64,000 nt of DNA from Cenarchaeum sp. (GTDB lineage: Archaea; Thermoproteota; Nitrososphaeria; Nitrososphaerales; Nitrosopumilaceae), in NCBI GenBank assembly GCA_965242695.1, contig CBDESU010000001.1, forward strand, positions 1,984,001-2,048,000, written 5' to 3'. Below, one piece after another: positions 38,299 through 47,486 of the stretch. The notes under the pieces are model-generated. The model searched no databases. It saw only the letters and a list, made by a program, of their open reading frames with translations, and had not been told where the DNA came from. The first letter of the stretch is position 1; the number at the start of each line of letters is the position of its first letter. Both the position numbers and the translations under genes were made by a program.

Positions 38299-39975
38299 CT
38301 ACGGCAGTATCCTGACCGTCACGTACTTTGAGACCGTGACGTCGCCCGTCCGCGCGCCGAGCAGCAGCTGGTGGTCGGTCTCAAGGGCCGTCGCGCGCGC
38401 CGATATCGTAATCTCGGCATCCTGCGCGCCGGCAGAGCCGGCGGCGCCGCCTGCCGCCCCGAGCACGAACATGGCCGTGTCCGACCTCACCGTAATGTCC
38501 GAGAACTGCGACGTGTCGGCCTGCACGAACGATGCGCCGGCGGCGGGGCCCACCATGCCCGGCTGCTGCCCCGGCGGGTCAGAGGCGCCGGCATCGGCCG
38601 GCGCGACCGTCATCGTAAGCGTGGCAGTTCCGCCCTTTTCGACCTCGACCACGTCCGAGCTCGTGCGGACCTCGAACGGGAGCGGGACGGACGTGTCGAC
38701 TACGCCGATGTTGTTCTCGACCCACTCGGTGAACCATATCCGGTCGCCGTCGATGGCAAAGTCGAACGGCTGCGAGAGGCCGCAGTCTGCCAGGCCGCCG
38801 CAGTCGCCCCAGTTCGGGTTCCTCGAGGGTATGACGTACTCTACGAGCGTCGCCTCGGCGGGGTCGAGCACCGCGATGCGGTTGGCCGTCTGCTCGTTGA
38901 ACACGATGCGGCCGGCGTCGTCCAGGTCCGACCAGTACGGCCGCGATATGGGCGTCTTTATGATTCCGGACGCGTTGCCGAACGTGTTGCGCGGCGGCGG
39001 CGACGTCACGTACTGTGCAAACTCCCCGGTCGAGGGGTCGAACGCGAACAGGTAGCTGCTCGACGTGTCCATTATCCACACCCTCCCGTCGGCGCCGATC
39101 GTCACGCCGTTGGGCGTCGTCGACTCGCGCGGCAGCGCGTACCGCTCCATAAACTCGGACGGGTCGGCGCCGGCCGCGTCCGCGTAGGCCGGCCGGTCGA
39201 AGCGGACCAGTATCCGCTCTCCCTGGAATATCCAGTTCGTGTACCAGATGGCCCCGTCGGGGGCCACGTCGAACCCGCTCGTAAAGGCAGGATTCTCGCC
39301 GCCTGGCGCGCCGAGTCCGAGGGGGGACGGTATCGCGACCGCCGGCGCCTCCATGGCGTCGGCCGCCTTCACGGGGTCGATCAGCGTCAGCTTGCCGCCG
39401 GTGAAGTCGTTGACGACGAGCTCTGATCCGTGCGCCTCGATGCGCTGCGGCAGCGAGTCGGCCGACGGCGTGTAGAAGATGCGCTCGTACCGGGCGTCGC
39501 CGATGACGAACCGCCACAGCAGGTCGTTGGCCTCGTCCGTGTACCACAGCGAGCCGTCGGGCAGGTAGTCCATGCCCCACACCATCGAGCGGCCGCCCTG
39601 CGGCCAGAACACGTTGTCGTACTCGTTGAACAGCTCCGTGTCGGGGCTGAACCTTGCGATGCGGCCCGTGTTCGTCTCGGCGAACCACACGTTGCCGTCG
39701 GGGTCGACCTCGATGGCCAGCGGCTGCGTGCACTCGGTCGGCACGCGGTACTCGCGGACGAACCGGGTCGACGACGGCGGGTCCTCGCCGCCGCAAAACT
39801 GCGCCCGCTGCGCGTCCGGAAAGTTGTCGGCGGGCGTGCCCGTCACGGTCATCGGCTCGTCGGGGCCCGTCGGGAACAGGCCCGGTATCTGCGGCATGCT
39901 CGATGCCGTGGCCCAGAAGAGCAGGCTGCCGCCGAAGATGACTAGGAAGATCAGCCCCTTTGTCTGCTTTCTCAC
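38299..39975 (-). CDS. Membrane-anchored Vgb (virginiamycin B lyase)-like beta-propeller protein
   Basis: N-terminal TM; repeated P..I.VDPDGNVWF, DGSLWYT, DGAIWYT, DGDRIWFTE blades; C-terminal Ig-like segment. Confidence 0.85.
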   Translation of the reverse strand: MRKQTKGLIFLVIFGGSLLFWATASSMPQIPGLFPTGPDEPMTVTGTPADNFPDAQRAQFCGGEDPPSSTRFVREYRVPTECTQPLAIEVDPDGNVWFAETNTGRIARFSPDTELFNEYDNVFWPQGGRSMVWGMDYLPDGSLWYTDEANDLLWRFVIGDARYERIFYTPSADSLPQRIEAHGSELVVNDFTGGKLTLIDPVKAADAMEAPAVAIPSPLGLGAPGGENPAFTSGFDVAPDGAIWYTNWIFQGERILVRFDRPAYADAAGADPSEFMERYALPRESTTPNGVTIGADGRVWIMDTSSSYLFAFDPSTGEFAQYVTSPPPRNTFGNASGIIKTPISRPYWSDLDDAGRIVFNEQTANRIAVLDPAEATLVEYVIPSRNPNWGDCGGLADCGLSQPFDFAIDGDRIWFTEWVENNIGVVDTSVPLPFEVRTSSDVVEVEKGGTATLTMTVAPADAGASDPPGQQPGMVGPAAGASFVQADTSQFSDITVRSDTAMFVLGAAGGAAGSAGAQDAEITISARATALETDHQLLLGARTGDVTVSKYVTVRILP

Positions 39976-40352
39976 GCGCGCGCGCGGCCGGGCCGGGCAA
40001 TAATACCCTTTCAAGGCGTGGGCGCGGGCGGCGGCGATCGCCGTCCGGCGGGCGCGGGCGGCTGTCCACGGGCAGAGCGAGTGGGGCGCGGGCGGCGGCG
40101 CCTGCGGGCGGCCCGTCCCCTCCTGCGGCTCCGACGGAGGCCGCATATCCGCCCCTGAGCAGCCTCGTCTGCGGCAGGGCCACCCTCCAGCCTTCCCAGC
40201 CCAACGGAGCCGCGCCGCAAAGGTGCGCCCCTGCGGGCGGAGCGGCCGGCCGCCGCAGTTTCGTCGACAGTTGCCGGCCGCGCAGGGCACAGCCCGCCGC
40301 ACGATCACTAAAATAGGCGCAACATTTCTGGAGAGCGGAGAGGGAGAGGTCT

Positions 40353-41198
40353 TTGATCTGTAGGGAAGGACAAGTGTTGTCGAACGGCAGGCGATGCCGC
40401 AGCTACCGCAAGGATCTGCCGTGCACAAACCCCGTCATCCCGGCGGCGGGGAGACACGACTTGGCAGGTGTCGCGGTCATCAACTACGTGGCGCAGCGCC
40501 TCGGCTACGACACCGAAGAGTGCATACGGATGGCCTTGGAGGACGGCTATATAGAGCTGTACCACCGCAACCAGCACGGCTACAGGGAGTACGACACATA
40601 CCGCCTCACCGCCAAGGGGCGCAAGGCGCGCGACGAGCACACTAGGGAGGTGTTCCAGAGGTCGTCCGAGGTAGCAAAGCGCATAAAGGAGGAAAAGGAG
40701 AGAAGAAACGGCAGTATGTGGCCAGCCATAGCCGTGCCGAGTGGAAGGCCCCCTCTGCCCGCGGCGGGGGAATTGCCGCCTGAGTTGTTGCATTTTCAAA
40801 AGCAGGCCTTGAGGGCCTTGTCAGCGGCTCGCACTTTGGCGCATCGCCAAATCCTGCCGGGTTTGCCGGTGCCTGCCCGACATGATCCAAGAGGGCCGCC
40901 CCCTGTTAATCGCGCGCGCCGATCCCGTGTTCGCAGCATTGCGAGCGCTGGCAGGTCAGGATCCCCGCCCGATGCGCAACGCGGGTGCGCTCAGGTGCCA
41001 TGCACAAAGGGTGCAACGGGCAAGCGGGCGTGCCGGCGGCAGAATCGGCGTGCGCCGCAGTGGCCAGGCATCGCAAAAGCCCCTCGAGTGCGCCTGTTGC
41101 GCCGTCCCGGGCGCACAGCGGACATCCAAATCGACGGCAATGACGCCTCTGCCGGGCATCACAGAAGTGCGGTCAGAGCAGCCTCTGCCCGCCGGTGA
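40353..41198 (+). CDS. Hypothetical protein with winged-helix-like core; both ends doubtful
   Basis: ALEDGYIEL...YRLTAKGR wing motif; only ~40380-40720 looks protein-like. Confidence 0.45.
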   Translation: MICREGQVLSNGRRCRSYRKDLPCTNPVIPAAGRHDLAGVAVINYVAQRLGYDTEECIRMALEDGYIELYHRNQHGYREYDTYRLTAKGRKARDEHTREVFQRSSEVAKRIKEEKERRNGSMWPAIAVPSGRPPLPAAGELPPELLHFQKQALRALSAARTLAHRQILPGLPVPARHDPRGPPPVNRARRSRVRSIASAGRSGSPPDAQRGCAQVPCTKGATGKRACRRQNRRAPQWPGIAKAPRVRLLRRPGRTADIQIDGNDASAGHHRSAVRAASARR

Positions 41199-41544
41199 CC
41201 CGGTCGACGGCCGGCGCTGGCGCCGGTCCGAACCCGATGCACGTCACCGTCCCGGGATCGAGCTGCGTGCGGCCGGCGTCGGCGACCTCGGACCATGGCA
41301 TGCCCAGCTCGACGGCGCGCGCCTTGAGGTCCTGCAACTCCCTCGGGCCGGCAACCCGCACGACGACCTTGGCCTGCCCCGACTCGAGCCACGCCGCGGC
41401 CCATCCCGGGTGCGATGCCCGGACACGCTCGAGCGCCATGACCGCGGCATGCCCGACCTGGGCGGCGATCTTGCCGCGCCCCATTCCCAGGTCGGTCCGC
41501 ACGGCGACCGACAGCTTTAGCTCCCCGTCCCCGCCGAGTCCCAT
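41173..41544 (-). CDS. pth2: Peptidyl-tRNA hydrolase type 2
   Basis: VRTDLGMGRGKIAAQVGHAA, GQAKVV, DAGRTQLDPGT.TCIG.GP. Confidence 0.95.
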   Translation of the reverse strand: MGLGGDGELKLSVAVRTDLGMGRGKIAAQVGHAAVMALERVRASHPGWAAAWLESGQAKVVVRVAGPRELQDLKARAVELGMPWSEVADAGRTQLDPGTVTCIGFGPAPAPAVDRVTGGQRLL

Positions 41545-41620
41545 GCCCGCATGCCGCACCCGCGCAACAAATACCTTTGAATAAATTGGCGCGCCACACG
41601 GCGGCGGCGGGCGGCCAGAA

Positions 41621-42829
41621 ATGCGGGACGAGTACGATGTGGTGATCGCCGGCGGGAGCATAGCCGGGCTGCTGTGCGCCCGCGAGGCTGCCGCCGCCGG
41701 CCTGTCCGTCCTGGTCGCCGAAAAATCCCACGAGGTTGGCACGCCCGAGCACTGCGGCGGCCTTGTCAGCGCGTCTGCGCTGCGCGAGCTCGGCCTCGCC
41801 CCGGGGCCGGGCGAGTCGACGCGGCCGGTCGACGCGGCCGTCGTCTCGCACCCCCCGTCCGGCGGGTCGCTCGAGGTCCCGGCCCGGGGGCAGAACGTCG
41901 TCGTAGTGGACAGGCGGCGCCTTGACGGGCAGGCGGCCATGCAGGCGGCCAAGGCCGGCGCAGAGGTGGCCGCAGGCGCAGAGGCCAGGGTGAGGGGGGG
42001 CGGAACGGACGGCCCCCGCTCAGTCTCGGTGGCCGGCAGGCGAATCGAGTGCAGGGTCGCAGTCGATGCGACCGGCGCGCAGTCCATGATGGCGCTCCGC
42101 GGCGGGAAGAAGGACAGTGGCGGCATCGTGCCCTGCGCGCAGTACGTCGTGCATGCGGACTGGATCGAGGAGGGCAGGGTAGAGGTCGTCGTCGATGCAA
42201 AGAGGTACCCCGGCTTTTTCGCGTGGGTCATACCCATGGGCGGCGGCGTCGGCAAGGTCGGGGCGGCCGGGACGGGGATCAACCCCGGCGCGGCCGTCGA
42301 GGAGCTTGCCGCAGGGCGCGGGCGGCACTCGGTCGTGCGCAAGATATTCGCCCCCGTGTGGGTCGGCGGGCCGGCGGCGTCGTTTGTCGACTGCGGCGGC
42401 GGCCAGGATGGGAACGGCGGGCCGGCCGCAGTCCGCGTCGGCGACGCGGCCGGCCAGGCAAAGCCGACGACGGCCGGCGGCATATTCACGTGCGGGACGG
42501 GCGGCGCAATGGCCGGCAGGGCCATTGCCGCGCACCTGGGGGCCGGGCAGGGCGGCGGCCTGGCGTCCTACGAGGAGGCGTGGAGGAAGAGGTTCGGAAC
42601 AGAGTTTGCCAGGCAGCGCATCGCCCGCAGGCTGCTCGCGTCGCTCGACGACCGCGCGATCGGGAAGATGATCGGCGCCGTCAGGCCCGAGGCGATCGAG
42701 AGGGCATCGGGCGGCGACTTTGACTTTCACGCGCTCGCGATCGCCAGGCTGCTTGGCCTGCGCGGCGTGCTCGGGGTAGCGGGCGCGGCAATCGGCGCCA
42801 GGGTCGCGGCAGGGCGTGGCGCCGGGTAG
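41621..42829 (+). CDS. FAD-dependent oxidoreductase, geranylgeranyl reductase family
   Basis: YDVVIAGGSIAG, PEHCGG, FAWVIP, VGDAAGQAKPTTAGGI. Confidence 0.88.
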   Translation: MRDEYDVVIAGGSIAGLLCAREAAAAGLSVLVAEKSHEVGTPEHCGGLVSASALRELGLAPGPGESTRPVDAAVVSHPPSGGSLEVPARGQNVVVVDRRRLDGQAAMQAAKAGAEVAAGAEARVRGGGTDGPRSVSVAGRRIECRVAVDATGAQSMMALRGGKKDSGGIVPCAQYVVHADWIEEGRVEVVVDAKRYPGFFAWVIPMGGGVGKVGAAGTGINPGAAVEELAAGRGRHSVVRKIFAPVWVGGPAASFVDCGGGQDGNGGPAAVRVGDAAGQAKPTTAGGIFTCGTGGAMAGRAIAAHLGAGQGGGLASYEEAWRKRFGTEFARQRIARRLLASLDDRAIGKMIGAVRPEAIERASGGDFDFHALAIARLLGLRGVLGVAGAAIGARVAAGRGAG

Positions 42830-42880
42830 CCGGCGGGTCGCACCCTCCGCCGGCGCAATTTTTCCGCCTCCCCGCCAAGG

Positions 42881-42887
42881 TATAAAT
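42881..42887 (+). promoter_or_regulatory. TATA box of the Zn-finger/EF-1beta operon
   Basis: TATAAAT 23 nt before GTG 42911. Confidence 0.7.
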
Positions 42888-42910
42888 CCGCTAGGCGGCG
42901 CGCCGCCCCA

Positions 42911-43090
42911 GTGTCGACCGAGATCAGCCTGCCCGTGTGCTGGTGCTGCAAGAGGCACATCATGCCCAACGACAAGTGCGTAAAGTTCTTCTGCCCGGAC
43001 TGCGGGCAGGAGCTCGTGTGGAGGTGCCAGAGCTGCCGCGAGGCGGCCAGGACGTACAAGTGCGACACGTGCGGATTCGAGGGGCCCTGA
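42911..43090 (+). CDS. 59-aa double zinc-finger protein (DUF1610-like), missed by the ORF track
   Basis: [13 protein letters not shown]...FFCPDCG...WRCQSCR...[11 protein letters not shown]; this family sits before EF-1beta in archaea. Confidence 0.9.
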   Translation: MSTEISLPVCWCCKRHIMPNDKCVKFFCPDCGQELVWRCQSCREAARTYKCDTCGFEGP

Positions 43091-43091
43091 C

Positions 43092-43373
43092 ATGGCGCAG
43101 CTCCTCATCGTCGCAAAGGTGCTGCCGACGGGCACAGACGTCGACCTAGACGCGCTCGCCGAGGCCATACGCGGCTCGCTCGAGGGCGGCATAGCGCTCA
43201 GGCGCCACGAAAAGGAGCCGCTCGCGTTCGGCCTGCACTTCCTAAAGGCCGAGTTTGTCATGGACGACAAGGAGGGGCAGATGGACTCGCTCGAGAGATC
43301 CGTCAGGTCCAACGAGGGCGTGAGCGAGTTCGAGGTCCTCAACATGAGCAGGATGTCCGTCGACATGAAGTGA
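43092..43373 (+). CDS. ef1b: Archaeal elongation factor 1-beta
   Basis: KVLP...VDLD.L, EPLAFGL, 93 aa. Confidence 0.93.
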   Translation: MAQLLIVAKVLPTGTDVDLDALAEAIRGSLEGGIALRRHEKEPLAFGLHFLKAEFVMDDKEGQMDSLERSVRSNEGVSEFEVLNMSRMSVDMK

Positions 43374-43463
43374 CCGGGGGCGTCCGGACCTGGCTCTAGA
43401 GACTGGCATGGCCACCTGCGCCCGCCGCTGCCGCCGCCGCCGCGCAGCGGAGGTGATTCCGTA

Positions 43464-45716
43464 GTGGCCCGCGCCGGAAATGTCCGCCTCAGGGTCGTCG
43501 AGGCCATGCAGCGCGACATCGGCAAGAAGAGGGCCCGCATAGGCCCGAGGGCCATGGAGGGGCTCGGGGCTGCGCCAGGCGACACGGTCGAGATTGCATC
43601 CGCCTCCGGCAAGGGCAAGAGGGGCGGGGCCACGTGCGCCGTCGTGTGGCCGGCCGACGAGGACGAGAGCCGCGCCGACATCGTGCGCATCGACGGGCAG
43701 ACGCGCCGCAACGCCGGCGCCGGCGCCGGCGATGCCGTCGACGTAAGGAAGATACCCGTCGCAAAGGCCGATTCCGTGGAGCTAGGCCAGGCCCCCGGCG
43801 CGCCGCCCCTCGACGGCGAGCTCGTCGCGTTCGCCAGGAGGCGGCTAGCCGACGTGCCGCTGTACAGGGGCGACCGCATCGCCGTCGACGTGCTCGGCAA
43901 CGCCATAGACCTGTCGGTGGACGGAGTCGCGCCGCGCGGGGGGGCGGTGACGATCGTCGCCTCGACGACGGTGAGGGTCGCCTCGGGCCGGCAGGGGGAG
44001 GCCGCCGAGCCCGGCGCCGCGCCCGGCGCGGGGACCGCGACGTACGAGGAGGTCGGCGGCCTCGGGGCCGAGATGGCCGCCATGCGCGAGATCGTAGAGC
44101 TGCCCCTGCGCCACCCCGAGGTGTTTGCAAAGCTCGGCGTAGAGTCGCACGGCGGCATACTCCTGCACGGCCCGCCCGGCTGCGGCAAGACCCTGATAGC
44201 GAGGGTGCTCGCCGGCGAGTCGGGCGCGAGCATGTACTCGATCAGCGGGCCCGAGATCATGAACAAGTACTACGGGGAGAGCGAGGCGAGGCTGCGCGGC
44301 ATATTCAAGGAGGCGCGCGAGAACTCGCCGAGCATCATATTCATCGACGAGATCGACGCCGTCGCGCCGAGCAGGGAGAGGGTGCACGGCGACGTCGAGA
44401 AGAGGGTCGTCGCGCAGCTGCTCGCCCTCATGGACGGGCTGGCCGACAGGGGCAACGTCGTCGTCCTCGGCGCGACCAACCGGCCCGACAGCGTAGACCC
44501 CGCCCTGCGCAGGCCCGGCAGGTTCGACCGCGAGGTGGAGGTGTCCGTCCCCAACAAGGACGGCCGGCTCGAGGTGCTCCAGATACACACGCGCGGCATG
44601 CCCGTCGCCGACAGGGGCGGCCTCGAGCGGCTCGCCGGCGACCTGCACGGGTACACGGGGGCGGACATCAAGTCGCTGTGCCGCGAGGCCGCCCTCAAGG
44701 CCGTCCGCCGGCACCTGCCGGACGCCGGGCGCGGCGGCGGGCGCATCTCGGCCGATGCGCTAGAGTCAATAAGGGTCGAGATCGGCGACTTTTACGAGGC
44801 CATGCACCAGGTCGTCCCGACCGCGATGCGCGAGTTCTACGTCGAGCGCCCGCGCGTGAGGTGGTCCGACGTCGGCGGGCTGGCGGGCGAAAAGCGCGCC
44901 CTCCAGGACAACCTGATCGCCGCAATGCGCGACCCGTCGCGGTTCGCCGAGATGGGAGTATCCCCGCCGCGCGGCGCGCTCATCTACGGCCCGCCCGGCT
45001 GCGGCAAGTCGCTGCTCGCAAGGGCCCTTGCCGCCGAGAGCGGGGCCAACATGATCCTCGTGAGGGGGCCCGAGATACTCTCAAAGTGGGTCGGCGAGGC
45101 CGAGAGGGCCGTAAGGGACATCTTCCGCAAGGCGAGGGCATCGGCGCCGTGCGTCGTCGTCCTCGACGAGCTCGACTCGCTTGCGCAGGCGCGGGGCGGG
45201 GCTGGGGGCCCCTCGGGGCCCGGAGCGGGCGGAGGCGCGGGGCCGCCGGGGCAGGCCGTCGTCGGCCAGCTGCTCGCCGAGATCGAGGGCGGCCCGGCAT
45301 CCTCGAGGGTCGCCGTCGTCGGCATTACGAGCAGGCCCGACCTGCTCGACCCCGCCCTGCTGCGCACGGGCCGCCTCGACCTGCTGCTGTACGCGGGGCC
45401 GCCGGACGCCGAGGCCCGGCGCGAGATACTCGGCGTGCTGACTGCGCCCATGCCGCTCGGCGCAGGGGTCGATGCCGGGGCGATCGCAGGGCGCGCGTCC
45501 GGCTTTACCGGCGCCGACCTGGCCGCGCTGTGCAGGGAGGCCGCCGTGGCGGCCATGCGGGACGGCTCAAAGTCCGTCCGGCCGGCGGACTTTGACGCCG
45601 CGTTCGGGGTGGTGCGCCCGTCGGTCGGCGAGGAGGCGGCCAAGTGGTACGAGTCCGTCAGGGACGGGCTGGCAAGCGCACTGCCAAAGGCTTTAGATAG
45701 CCCGTTCTACGGGTGA
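43464..45716 (+). CDS. cdc48: CDC48/VCP family AAA+ ATPase
   Basis: N-domain (RDIGK, RIDGQTRRN); two AAA modules with GPPGCGKT/S, IFIDEID/VLDELD, DPALRRPGRFD. Confidence 0.93.
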   Translation: MARAGNVRLRVVEAMQRDIGKKRARIGPRAMEGLGAAPGDTVEIASASGKGKRGGATCAVVWPADEDESRADIVRIDGQTRRNAGAGAGDAVDVRKIPVAKADSVELGQAPGAPPLDGELVAFARRRLADVPLYRGDRIAVDVLGNAIDLSVDGVAPRGGAVTIVASTTVRVASGRQGEAAEPGAAPGAGTATYEEVGGLGAEMAAMREIVELPLRHPEVFAKLGVESHGGILLHGPPGCGKTLIARVLAGESGASMYSISGPEIMNKYYGESEARLRGIFKEARENSPSIIFIDEIDAVAPSRERVHGDVEKRVVAQLLALMDGLADRGNVVVLGATNRPDSVDPALRRPGRFDREVEVSVPNKDGRLEVLQIHTRGMPVADRGGLERLAGDLHGYTGADIKSLCREAALKAVRRHLPDAGRGGGRISADALESIRVEIGDFYEAMHQVVPTAMREFYVERPRVRWSDVGGLAGEKRALQDNLIAAMRDPSRFAEMGVSPPRGALIYGPPGCGKSLLARALAAESGANMILVRGPEILSKWVGEAERAVRDIFRKARASAPCVVVLDELDSLAQARGGAGGPSGPGAGGGAGPPGQAVVGQLLAEIEGGPASSRVAVVGITSRPDLLDPALLRTGRLDLLLYAGPPDAEARREILGVLTAPMPLGAGVDAGAIAGRASGFTGADLAALCREAAVAAMRDGSKSVRPADFDAAFGVVRPSVGEEAAKWYESVRDGLASALPKALDSPFYG

Positions 45717-46027
45717 CGGCCGAGATGGCAGTGCCGCTGCGAAGCGCGATGTACGAGAGGGTGAGCGGCGGCACGGGCGGCTCGATGACCGACGCCGAGC
45801 TCGCAAAGGCGCTCGCCAAGGACGGGCGGATCGTCGCGCCCGACAGGTTCAACAAGACGCTGCTGGACATGGAGATTCTCGGCCTGGTCAGGGTCTCTTG
45901 GCTCTCAAAGGACACGCGCCGCATCGAGGTCGTCCCCGACGAGTCCGGCGGCGGCGAGGACGAGGTCGACGCGCAGAACCGCGAGGCGGCCGAGCGCGAC
46001 TACGAGGCAAGCTTTCCCGGGGCGTAG
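45713..46027 (+). CDS. Hypothetical winged-helix-like protein coupled to cdc48
   Basis: GTGA overlap; FNKTLLDMEILGLVRVSW. Confidence 0.8.
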   Translation: MTAEMAVPLRSAMYERVSGGTGGSMTDAELAKALAKDGRIVAPDRFNKTLLDMEILGLVRVSWLSKDTRRIEVVPDESGGGEDEVDAQNREAAERDYEASFPGA

Positions 46028-46103
46028 CGGGAGGAGGGGCGCGGCGCCCGCAGGCGATGGCCGGTCGCGCTAGCCTCGTGCAGGGCGCTTAGGCCTGCCC
46101 GGC

Positions 46104-46176
46104 AGGGACTGCGAACGGGCAGAACCGAGGGGCGGCGGCATTGCGCAACTGAGCGCTACCGCTGCCCCGCTATCAT
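46104..46176 (+). ncRNA. Putative two-hairpin element, copy A
   Basis: 71/73 identical to 46636-46708; CUGC-N6-GCAG hairpin plus 10-bp stem GGGGCGGCGG/CCGCUGCCCC. Confidence 0.45.
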
Positions 46177-46473
46177 CCACATGGTCAACTCTCAATGCCG
46201 AGCCCGCAGTTGTCACCCCTCTCCATTCCTAGCCCACGCGCCCCGTGGCGTCAAATCAGGCCCGCAAACGACGGGTCTGCGACAGTGCCTTTGGCATGCC
46301 CAAGTCGCTGCAACGCCTTGCATCCCGATGCGCCGCGAACTGCTCGAGTGCCACGACACTGGCGGGCGTACGGGTCGGCCGGCCCGCATGGCAGTAGGAC
46401 GACCTGACCACAACGCGGGGCAACGTACGCCACGCTCGCTGCCGTCCGCAGGCCCTGGCGCATCCTAGCAACC

Positions 46474-46578
46474 GTTGCCGGGCCCGCCCAAGCCCTTCCC
46501 GCTAGTGTCCAGTGATTCGGCGCAGCGCAACGCCGCTAGCCTTGGTTGCCGGGCCCGCCCAAGCCATTCCCGCTAGTG
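46474..46578. repeat. Two 34-bp direct repeats separated by 37 bp (period 71)
   Basis: GTTGCCGGGCCCGCCCAAGCC[C/A]TTCCCGCTAGTG at 46474-46507 and 46545-46578. Confidence 0.9.
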
Positions 46579-46607
46579 CCTAGCAGTGGTATTTAAGCAA
46601 AGTAACC

Positions 46608-46614
46608 TTATATA
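46608..46614 (+). promoter_or_regulatory. TATA box upstream of hairpin element copy B
   Basis: TTATATA ~22 nt before 46636; the next CDS (46945) has its own TTATTATT box. Confidence 0.55.
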
Positions 46615-46635
46615 CAGCGCAACGGCATGCCCCCT

Positions 46636-46708
46636 AGGGACTGCGAACGGGCAGAACCGAGGGGCGGCGGCATCGCGCAACTGAGCGCTACCGTTGCCCC
46701 GCTATCAT
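46636..46708 (+). ncRNA. Putative two-hairpin RNA, copy B
   Basis: Same architecture as 31565-31640; upstream TATA; the stem difference from copy A is G-C to G-U. Confidence 0.55.
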
Positions 46709-46944
46709 GCAACTAGGCAGCATTGGTGCCGAACCCGCTCCCGCCCGCCCCCACACTCCGCCAATGGCGGGGGCGGTACGGCAGTCCAGCACAAGCCTCT
46801 AGCACGGCCCCGCATGATCAGAAAAGGCGGCAGGAAGCTAGGCAGGCGGGCGCTGAACCTCATGCGGGCGCGCACGCGGCGCCCCAAAGCACAGGCGCGG
46901 GCGCCGCCGCCTAGCTTATTATTACCTGCGGCAGGCGCCGCCGC

Positions 46945-47274
46945 GTGAATATAGAGTACGAGGAGTTTGCCAGCATCGAGGACGTCTTCCTCTACATGTC
47001 TGCCGCCTCGCCGCCGATGAAGAACACGATGCCCGTCAACTCGTACAAGGGCCATGTAATGTCGTTCATACCGATCGGCCAGGGCAAGTCCGACACGTAC
47101 CTCATGATATACGCAAAGGGCGAGCTCGAGCCCGGCATCTACGAGTTTGACGTGCAGTCCATGTCGTACAAGAAGGTCGAGTCGGTCGAGAGGGCAGACA
47201 AGAACTACTTCATCATTCTCACGCCGAGGCGCAACACCATAGCCGACGCCGCCCTGGCCCAGATGGACGGCTGA
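46945..47274 (+). CDS. Conserved hypothetical protein
   Basis: 109-aa ORF with strong coding composition; TATA-like box ~22 nt upstream. Confidence 0.82.
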   Translation: MNIEYEEFASIEDVFLYMSAASPPMKNTMPVNSYKGHVMSFIPIGQGKSDTYLMIYAKGELEPGIYEFDVQSMSYKKVESVERADKNYFIILTPRRNTIADAALAQMDG

Positions 47275-47338
47275 CCGGCGCCGCCCCCCTGCCGCCGCCA
47301 GGATGCCCCGCTTTCGGCCGAATGCCCGCCATCCCCAA

Positions 47339-47438
47339 GTCCCAGGCCCCGCCCCGGCAGGCGCCCGTCCCCCCGCCCTTGCAGCCCACGCGGGCCTTGG
47401 GGGCCGGCGTCGTCCCAGGCCCCGCCCCGGCAGGCGCC
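47339..47438. repeat. Two identical 27-bp direct repeats (period 73) between convergent genes
   Basis: GTCCCAGGCCCCGCCCCGGCAGGCGCC at 47339-47365 and 47412-47438. Confidence 0.85.
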
Positions 47439-47486
47439 TGTCATCCCCCAGGCGCCCGGCGCCGTGCGCGCCGGGGCCGGCTGCCA

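Noticed and set aside
31565-46708. Hairpin elements as tRNA, C/D or H/ACA guides, or hammerhead ribozymes
   Set aside because: No cloverleaf or TPsiC loop, no RUGAUGA/CUGA pair or clear K-turn, and no CUGAnGA/GAAA core; an ACA near the 3' end occurs only in the 31-kb pair.
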